A stretch of DNA of 64,000 bases, taken from Geosiphon pyriformis uo1. Its lineage: Eukaryota; Fungi; Glomeromycota. Each line of letters starts with the position of its first letter. The stretch's first letter is position 1. The stretch is taken from assembly GCA_016748015.1 (NCBI GenBank), contig JAAOMT010000129.1, positions 620,001-684,000 on the forward strand. The letters run 5' to 3'. Shown here piece by piece: positions 55,069-64,000 of this stretch. The notes beneath the pieces are model-generated. The model saw only the letters and a list, made by a program, of their open reading frames with translations, had not been told where the DNA came from and did not search any database. The position numbers and the translations under genes are program-made.

Positions 55069-57128
55069 ATGAACATACAAAAATATCAACAACTGCAACA
55101 TTATATAACTACTCAACAGTTCAAGGAGAATTTATCTCAAACAGAACAAAAGAGTATCAAACAACAATCAAAATATTTTATCACTCACCAAAATATACTT
55201 TATCAGAAAAATAGAAGAGATCTAGAGCAACCAACCAGAGTAATTACAGAGCCAGAAAAAGAGACAATATTATTTAACATGCACTCAAATCCAACAGCAG
55301 AACACTTTCACAAAGAAGCAACCATGGAAAGAACCAGAAAAAAATACTATTAGCCATCAATGTATTCAAACATTATCCAATATGTTCAAAATTGTGATGC
55401 TTGTCAGCAAAAAGAAGGTACAAAATCCAGTAAACCATTAAGACCAATCAAAGTAGAACAACTATTCAATCATATTGGAATTAATTTAGTCAGACCATTA
55501 ACAATTACCAGCAGAGGAAACAGATACATAGCAGTAGCCATGAACTATCTCACTAAATGGCCAGAGATGAAAGCAATACAAAGAGCGGATGTAAAATCCG
55601 TTGCCAAATTCATTTATCAGGATTTGATCTGTTGACACAGATGTCCAAAGGAATTATTATCAGACCAGGGAACTCATTTTGTGAACAAAACATTAACAGA
55701 ATTGAGCCAAAGATTCGGAATTAAGAGACCACTATCATCACTATACCATCTACAAACCAACGGATTAGTCAAAAAATTCAACAGAACATTGTGTGAAGCA
55801 ATAGCTAAGCTCAGCCAAGAAAACCAGAACAATTGGGATTTGTTGATACCATCAGTACTATTTGCTTATCGGACAATGAAGCAAGATACTACACAAGCAA
55901 CACCATTTAAATTAGTATATGATAGAACAACAATACTACCAGTGAAAATAGAAGTCAGCACATACCCAACTAAACCAATAACAGAAAAGAATTTCAAAAA
56001 CATATTGTTAAGAAGAACATATGACTTAATGAAAACATTAGAAAACAAATAACGAAGAGCAGCTGATAACATACAAAGATCACAAGAGAAACAAAAAGAA
56101 AGACATGATAACCAATTACCAGATAAACCAGTTGAATTTAGGATTAGAAACAAAGTACTACTATATTGTACCAAAGCGGAAAAACAATGGAGTGGAAAAT
56201 TTGACCCCAAATAGGACGGACTATTTCACATAGAAAAAATTTTAGAAAATGGAGCTTACAAATTAAGATTAAATAATAAAATCTTGACCAAAGCAGCACA
56301 TGGAAATTGACTGAAACCATACCACCATATAGTATCATCATCCACCAGTAATATTCCACAATTAGGAGTACAGAAAATACTAGTCCAACCAGATAAGATT
56401 TCACGAGATCTGGAACCAATCATTATTATTAACAACAACACGCCCAATTGATCGACAAAAGAATATAAAAGAACATGGTCGACACAACAGAAAAGATCAG
56501 AAAAATGGAAACTACAGACAAAATCCATTCATTAGTCCAACAAATTTTTCAATTAATCCAACACCAGGAAATAAAAATTACAATCAATTAATAAACTATT
56601 CATTACAAAAATATGGCAAAGATACCACAAAACAAGACACAGAAAAGACTTGAAAATGTTGTTGACAAGATCATGACCAAGATAAAATTGGCCATAACAG
56701 AACAACAAATAGTCGGATTACACAAAGAACTTACCAGAAAAACATAGACTTGGTGGATGCAACAATTTCCGAAAAACTATTGTTATTTCCACTTGGGACA
56801 ACACATAAATATCCAGAATTTGTACACTGACAAAACAAAATGGTTATTCAACACAACAATACTGAGACAATTGGAACAATTTGTGGGAAAAAACAATCTA
56901 ACCACACAAGCTCAAGCCATTTACTGACTATATATGAGATTTCAAGACTGACCAGAAATTTTACTTAACACAGCAATAAATACAGTTACAAGTAATCAAT
57001 TGGAAAAAATGATCAATGCCCAATTTGAAGAGCTACAAACTAAAATAACCCAAGTAATGCTTGAAAAAAAAGTTCAAGAAATAATTCAAGAAGAGGAATT
57101 AAAGGAATTAGATTTTGACGGAGCTTAA
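55069..57128 (+). pseudogene. Copy 2 integrase ORF plus ~217-aa downstream domain (56475-57128)
   Basis: HSNPTAEH..CDAC, LSDQGTHF, QTNGLVKKFN, LFAYRT, GPF-like motif; the tail domain ends ...LDFDGA* just before the PPT. Confidence 0.9.
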
Positions 57129-57194
57129 TATTAAAAGGAAAGAATAATGTTACTCATAGAATATAGGAAATATAGTATTATTAGCCAGTAGATA

Positions 57195-57372
57195 TTAGCC
57201 AATCAGATGTAGACATAATAAATATGAAATTCCACAATTCCTCTCAGAAAAATTGCAGGATTCCAGGAATTTCAGGATTCTCTAACAAGGAATTCCAGGA
57301 TTCCAGGAATCCCAGGATTCCTGTTGCAAAGAATTAAGGAATTGAGGAATCTCAATTATGTATATATAGCAG
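57195..57372 (+). promoter_or_regulatory. LTR U3 promoter: CCAAT box, tandem GGA(A)TTCCA repeats, TATA box (same layout in all LTRs of this family)
   Basis: TTAGCCAATCAG (~57195), repeated GGATTCCAGGAATTCC units (~57225-57325), TGTATATATAGC (~57359). Confidence 0.6.
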
Positions 57373-60300
57373 TAGGATTAAAAGCTGAAAAGACAGACCT
57401 CAAAAGTTTAGGTTTAAATCGAAGCAACTCTCCAAATCACAATCATCTAATAAATAACTATTTTATTATCTTAACTCCATTTCCACTATCAACATTTCAT
57501 GTTAATAGTAATCCACACTTAATCACACTGGAACAATAACTCTTGATCACAGCTATTGATGGAATACTAACTTGCAAATTGCCTTGGCTTATTTCTTTTC
57601 TTTCTTTATTTCTTTTCTTTTCTTTATTTTCTTGCTTTAAGTTTATTGTTGTTTACTAACTCTATTGAGGATTAATGCGCAGAGCACTGACGTCAGGATA
57701 AATGTGACTGGTAAAAGACCCAGAAATAAGGGTAAAACACTCGATTGAGAATAGCTTACCAGGAGGAATACCGGCCATCAAGCTGAGAAAAAAATTGATG
57801 AAACTGCGGTTTCAGGAAGCTATGGATAAAACTATCACCATTGAATCTCTGTCCATTATATAAAAAATTCAACCAAAACCTTCAGATATAAACCATCAGA
57901 TTATTATCAACTGCAACTTGATTTGAGCACCAAGTTATGGGTTTTTATTTAATCCAACCAAAGAAATATTCATCTGTAACAATGATTATGGCCACATCTG
58001 TACCAAAAAAACCTGTATTTAGACCAAAATAAAAATTCTAATCTTATCAAACTTATTTATAATTTATAACCTAATACTAAATCTTAATTTTATTTCTATA
58101 ATAATCAAAACTATATTTTTCAATTCCATATATCAACAAACAATGTCTTTTTGCTTAGTAAAAACATTAATATCTTAAATATTACATATAGCAAATTTCC
58201 AAACCAAATTACTTATTAAGATAAAAAAAACACCAGAAAACCTAAGCCAGTACACAACTAATCTAATCTTATCAAAACCAAATTAATAGAAACTTCAAAG
58301 ACTATTATTTTAGATTTCAATCCATCCACTTTAGTGGTTAGAACTTTTGATCTATTTAAATTCAAATTCAAAACCATATTATTTGTAACTGAAAAAGTGG
58401 TAATAAATAACACAAGTAGGTTATCTAAAATCATATTCAAATCTAATTTTAAGTTTGAAGAAACAGACTTTACAAGAGATAAAGATTAAGAAATGAGCAT
58501 CAAGAGTATTAGATTCACAATATTTAATTTTCATACAATATCTAACATTTGATTAGCCAAAAGCTTTAAGAAGTGTTCTAAGAAAGCCAAACAAACACTA
58601 ATAAATAAATTATTTTGGATAACTACAAAACTTTTTTTCATATATAATATATCAGAAAAAAAGAATTTAAAGCCAGAATCAGAGCAAATATTATCAAAAA
58701 AAGAAGTAAGTAAAATTACTTGTGTCCGAAATTTGCTACCAAAGACAGCAGAATATAAAATAAGAATACTTTTTTTAGCATATATTCTAACTAGTTAAAA
58801 ACAATTCTTTTTTGAAGCAATTTTTTATATATTTTCTTAAAAAACAAGACATAAACATCTGATATATCACATTTTAAAGCTAAATGTCCAAAACACTCAC
58901 ACTTTTCATTATGAACCAACTTTATTTTAGTCTAAGAAAACTTGATACCATCCAAAATAGACTTTGTATAAAAAGCTGATTTTAATTTTTTTTCTAACTC
59001 AAAACCAATTACTGTATAGCAAACTCTATTATCAGTATTAAATAAATAATTTATAATGCAAGTTTTTCCACCAGTTTTTTTCAATAGAGTACTAAGATTA
59101 TAAGCAGTTGTTCTCATAGACAAAGTAAACAAAAATGCTCTAAACCAATTTTTTAATATTTAGACTTTATAACTTCTTATAGTTTTTGTCATCTACATTA
59201 AATTTTTCTTGATAAAAAATAACCACTTTATTACCAATTGATTGGTTTAACTTGATTTAACAAATTCTACTATAGTCTTTTATTACTGCCTAATTAATTA
59301 TAATTAAATCAATACTACTTAACCAAACTTAAAAAAAGCTATAATGATCATTTTTTCAACATATCTATAGAAATTTTCTTAATAATTATGATCTGATTTA
59401 AATAAATTTTTTGTTTCTTGACATTGTTGTTTATAATGATCCCCTTATCTTTAACCAATAACATGGCTTTTTTTATATTTTTTTCTAATATAAATATTGA
59501 TTAAATAATTTTTTCAAATTTTAAGAAGGTAATGAACTCTTCAAAACTATTAATTATTAAAAATAGTTTTTTGATCATCTGAGTTTTTGTTATTATTGAC
59601 TTGTTTTTTACAGTTAAAATATTAATATTTAAAGCAAAAAACTTTTTAATAGATACTTCTACTTAAGTTTTGGTAATTTTAGAATTAATTTATTTTTTGT
59701 CTAATAAGATACTAAAGAAAAATAAGAGAAATCCGACTTTTTTATCTATATTAAAATTGAGAGAACCAAAAAGAAAGCCAAAAATTATAGCAGAAGCCAC
59801 TTTTTTAGCCTTAAAAATAGTAACAACTGAACCAAAAAAAGAACTATTATTAATACTAATTACAAAACTATTATATTTACTATTATTAGAGTTATTATCT
59901 ATATTTAAAAATATACTATTACCAAAATCAGACTTAACCAAAAAGATGTTTTTTTTATTACTAAAATGTTTAATATTACCAAGAACAATTTTTTTTTTGA
60001 AAGAAAAAACTATTAATAAGATCATAAAAAGTCTTTTTAAGCACTTTTTTTTTAGATATATTGCCATTCAAAACAACTTTTAAGTCTACAATAAAAAAAT
60101 TATTAAGTTGAAAAATATTGATAAAGATAACAAGAAAAAAACAAAAATTTCTTTATCAAAATTATGCTTTTTGAGAAATTTAGGACATAAGAAAAAAAGA
60201 AGTTTTTTTGTAAATATTTATTGTGTTTTTTTTTATATTTTATTAATAAAAATAATTATATAGAATATGTAAAAATTTTTAAAATTAATTAATAAAAAAA

Positions 60301-62188
60301 CTTATATAATTAATTATTATTTAGTTTATATATTTATATAAGATATATTACTATTTATTTTAAGTTTTTAAAAATTATATTAAAAGTTTTTATTATAATT
60401 TTAATGCTTAAAAATATTAACTTAAATTAAACTAAGTTAAAATTATTTTTGCATTTTTTTGTAAAAAATTCAATTATATTGTTTTAATATATAATTTAAA
60501 TACAACTTTATTTTCAAAAACTAAAACCAAAAAACATTTTTTAAGTTTTAATAAAATTAAATCAATAGTTATTTATGTCAAAAAATCAGTTTTTATTGCT
60601 TATTTAATGTTTTTTAATAATATATCTTGAATTTAAATAACTAATAATAATTGTTTTGATATTTTTTTTTAATTTATTTTCTAATAATTTCTTATTTTTT
60701 AATGCTAAATTTTTTTTATTGATTGTTTTTTTAATAAAATATTATTTAAATACTTTAAAATATTCTTTAAAACTTTTAATAAATTAAATTTCTGAATTTT
60801 TGTTTAAATTAAATTTGTTATTGGTATTTTTATTTTTATTAATCTTAAATAAATTTAAATTTTTATGATAATTATTAACTTAAATATAATTATAAATGAA
60901 TTTTTTGTGTTTTTATTAATATTTTTATTTAATAATATTAATGAATTTTTATTTTTAAATAATAATAGTTTAAAAATTTTTATTATTAAAACTGGTAGTC
61001 TAAAAGTTAATATATTAAAGTTTAAAAGCTTTATAAAATTAGTTTTAATTAAGTTAAACTGTTTGTATATAAATTTTAGAATTTTTTTTAATAACTGATT
61101 TTATTTGAAAAATATAAATATTTCTATAAAACAAGATAATATTATATATTAATATATAAAAATAAATAATATAATTTTGATTATTATTAAGATTAAATTT
61201 AAAAACAGTATAAAATTATAAATAATAAATAAGTTTAATAAAATTTAAGAATAATTATTTGACTAAACATGTTTTTAAAATTTTTAAGATTTCAAATTAG
61301 CTTTTTTTAATTTGTTTACTTTTTAAAAACAATTTTTTAGTTATGTTTTTTAATTTGTATACTAAAACATTTTTTAAAATTTAATTTAATTAAATTTTTA
61401 AGATTAAATTTTTCATTGTTTAAGTAGTTAATAATAATATATTTGTAATTTTAAAAAACAATTTTAATAAAAATAATATTTATTACAATATTAATGTTTT
61501 TATTTAAGTTTATTTAACTTTTTATTGATAATTTTATAGTAAAAATTTTAATTTAGTACAATTTTGAAAAGATATAAAAGATTATTAATTATATTTTTAT
61601 AAATAATTTTTTAATATTACTGTTAATAATTAATGTTTATATAAAGTATTTGAGTTTTTTAGTATTGATTATAAAATTATTTTTGCTGTTATTAAATTAA
61701 ATAATTTACTAAACACATATTTTATTATTTTAAATAAGTTAATTAACAAAAATTTTAAAAATTTAAATTTAAAACTATTGATATTATTAAATAAAATTAT
61801 TTTAAAGATTTTTTTTGATAGTTTTAACTGTAATTAAATTATTTAATAAATTACAATAAAATAATAATTTTAATAATATATAAAGTTTTTTTATAAATAT
61901 TTTATGCTTAGTAATTGATAAAATTTTTGGCAAATTATAAGTCAGAAATTTTAATAATAATAAAAATAAATAGTTGTCTAAACTGAAAATTTAGTGTTTA
62001 AAATTATCAAAAAATTAAAAAAAGTCTGGTTTTAAGCTTAAATAACTTCTAAATACTTGATTATTTATTAATAAAACTAAAACTTTTATAATTAAAAATA
62101 TGTCAAATATTAATTTAAGTATTACTAATATAAGTTTTGTTTTATTATATGTTAAAAAAATAATAGAATTTCTAAATATTATGAATTA

Positions 62189-62742
62189 TGTTATTATTAG
62201 CTAAAATTTAAGATATTTATTAACATAAAATTAGTTTTATAATTTCTATTATTAATTAACACATATTATTATTTTAATTTATTACTTATTATTTTATTAA
62301 ATTATTCAAATTATTATTCAATTAATAATTCAATTTGTACAGAACACAAATATAATTAAATTGTAATAATTAAATTATGTAATATATTAAACTATATAAT
62401 ATTTAAAATTCATTAAAATATTTAAAAATTCATTAAAATAATTTATAGTTTACAAGAATAATTTGTAATTTAATAAAATATATTTTTAATTCATCAAAAT
62501 ATTAAAAAAAAAGTGCTAAATTATAAAATAGTATTATAATAAGTTATATAAAAAAAGAGTTTTTTTCTTTGAAAAAATATATTTTAATTAAAATTAAATT
62601 TCATTTAAACTTAAGATATCTTTCTTACAAATTAATTCAAATAAAACTCAAATTAAAAAACATAAATTTTTTAATAATTACTTAAAATTCACTTTTTCTA
62701 TTAATGTTTAAAATTAATTATAATCAAATTTAAGATAACTTA
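62189..62742 (+). mobile_element. Decayed partial LTR related to family X (28866-29835)
   Basis: 62500-62590 (aaaagtgctaaattataaaatagtattataataagttatataaaaaaagagttttttt) mirrors 29200-29270 (aaagtgcaagttcatagactagtattacaacaagttgtataaaagaagagctttttt); homology stops near 62742. Confidence 0.65.
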
Positions 62743-64000
62743 TACTCTTAGTAAATACAAATTGCTATAGATTATTACAGATTATGAATTTTTTCAGATT
62801 TAAGTATATATAGTATATATATAATAAAAATAGATATAATATTATTAAAAAATAAATTTATTTACATATTTCTTATAAGAATTTTTAATTAATTTATGCA
62901 ATATTAAAGAAACTTATAAAAATTGTTTGTTTTTGTTTATTTTGTATTTTTTTATAAAGTATATATTTAATATAAACAAGTTTACTAACTATATTATAAA
63001 ATTTTTTGCTATTTTTAAGCTTTATAAACTGTTCAAGATTATAATAGCAGTCAGTGTATTTTTAATACTCATTACTTTCTGTACTTTTTGTTTTTTATCA
63101 GAGCTATTATGCTTTGTTTTATGATTTATTATAATATAATTTGCTTTATCATTATTTAGATATTTTAAAGTAATTATATCATTTTTTTTAGATAGATTTA
63201 CCAACTTTTTAATTAATAAATATGTACAATTTGGCTGTATTCAATTGTACTTTTTGTAATAATTTTTAAGTTTTTCTAATACTATCTCTTAATTATAATT
63301 AGTTATTATTTCCAAGTTTGTATTTTATTCTGAAAGTTGTCATTTGTATTGATTGAAAAAATGCCAATTTTATGCCAGCAATAAGCAATTGTTTTATTTG
63401 AAACATTTTTTCATGCCTTATAAATTAGATGTATTGTTTAAAATTGGTTAATTACATAAATATTATTAGCACTATTATTAAAAAAATTTAATACATGACA
63501 AAAAAAATAATAACAGTAATATGTTTTAAAACAATAAATAATTTTAGTATTTATAGACTAAATATGTACTGTTAAGTTAAATATAAATTGTTTTACATAA
63601 ATATTTATAATGGATTTCATATTATAATTGTGACCAGTAAAATTGTTTATTAACAATAATATGTTTCAGTTTTTTTATACAACTGATAATTTCAATTAAC
63701 AAGTCACTATCAAAAAATATCACCAGTTATCTAAACATAAGTGTTTGAATAATATTAAAACCAAGTTGCTCTTCTGTTTTTTTTTGAAAACAATATAGAC
63801 ATTTAGTATGTTCAATAATAAGTAATAGCAAATACTTAGTTTTATTAACATTGATTATAAAAGCAAGTATCAGTTGTATTTTTAATTGTTTAGTATTATA
63901 ACATAGTATTGTAACAAGATCTTGATTTGATAATATAATATAAAATAGTGTAGTTTTATTTATGTTAAAAATATTGTATAACTTTTAATTAACAAAAAAT
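62743..64000 (-). mobile_element. Decayed pogo/Tigger (Tc1-mariner, DDE_1/CENP-B-like) DNA transposon running off the window end
   Basis: Minus-strand translation gives IFNINKTTLFY (ancestral IFNMDETALFY, ~63940-63975), LILAFIINVNKTKYLLLLIIEHTKCLYCFQKK (RLT..NADG.E.LPLL.IG..K.PRCFK), NILLLINNFTGH (LLLIDN..GH), NLTVHI*SINTKIIYCFK (N.T..IQP.D.GII..FK) and KA*KNVSNKTIAYCWHKIGI (AW..VS..TI..CW.K.GI). Confidence 0.82.

Larger units (their letters stand above)
47923..57981 (+). mobile_element. Ty3/Gypsy LTR retrotransposon copy 2 (LTRs 47923-48746 and 57148-57981)
   Basis: 5' LTR starts TATTAC (TG>TA), 3' LTR TGTTAC..GTAACA; 4-bp TSD ATAA/ATGA; PBS TGGTGCTTCCTGTGAGG at 48749; PPT AAAAGGAAAGAA before 57148. 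Confidence 0.97.
32620..60205 (-). mobile_element. LINE copy C: full-length, minus strand, split into 32620-33574, 44383-47922 and 57982-60205 by two Gypsy insertions
   Basis: The reverse complement of 32620-32800 matches the LINE 3'UTR; 44973-45206 (NNFLVSIIKILLNN) matches B 29839-30021; 58932-59132 and 59690-60067 match ORF1; the 5' end near 60205 resembles the 5' end of A. The reading VAIIM|NNFLAQ is restored across the second Gypsy insertion. Confidence 0.9.
27315..62188 (+). mobile_element. LINE copy D: oldest and most AT-eroded copy of the same family, present as fragments ~27315-27430, 31698-32610 and ~60210-62188 that host copies B and C
   Basis: 32100-32600 aligns by eye with ORF1 of copy A (~20730-21200). 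60215-60320 continues at the next A position (~21235-21340). 60960-61200 matches the ORF1 end and endonuclease start of A (~22020-22300). Confidence 0.68.

Noticed and set aside
56475-57128. Post-integrase ORF read as a retroviral env
   Set aside because: No signal peptide, TM helix or cleavage motif; it is short and in frame with IN in copy 1.

Overview
Eukaryotic, AT-rich, intron-containing DNA from an early-diverging fungus, most likely Glomeromycotina/Mucoromycota. That placement is an inference from gene content (VMP1, HEM3, PL38-type lyase) and TE style. The window has two compartments. (1) About 1-19.5 kb is gene-rich. It holds a spliced ATP-dependent DNA ligase with a T4-phage-gp30-like DNA-binding domain and an apparent mitochondrial presequence, HEM3 (with an 11-nt microexon), a P-loop ATPase, an orphan coiled-coil gene, a PL38/alginate-lyase-type polysaccharide lyase, VMP1, many microsatellites and one N gap. 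(2) About 19.5-64 kb is a block of nested, pseudogenised transposons. It contains four copies of one RNase H-bearing non-LTR (LINE) family, two full-length Ty3/Gypsy elements, two solo LTRs, a decayed LTR and a pogo/Tigger DNA transposon. The Gypsy family is unusual: long Gag N-terminal extension, a multi-CxxC domain, a dUTPase, a stop after RNase H with integrase in its own ATG-initiated ORF, and a ~220-aa unknown domain after the integrase. All repeats show heavy C>T/G>A erosion in CpG and non-CpG contexts that increases with age in the nesting order, while neighbouring single-copy genes are intact. Coordinates of decayed elements are approximate and were read by eye.
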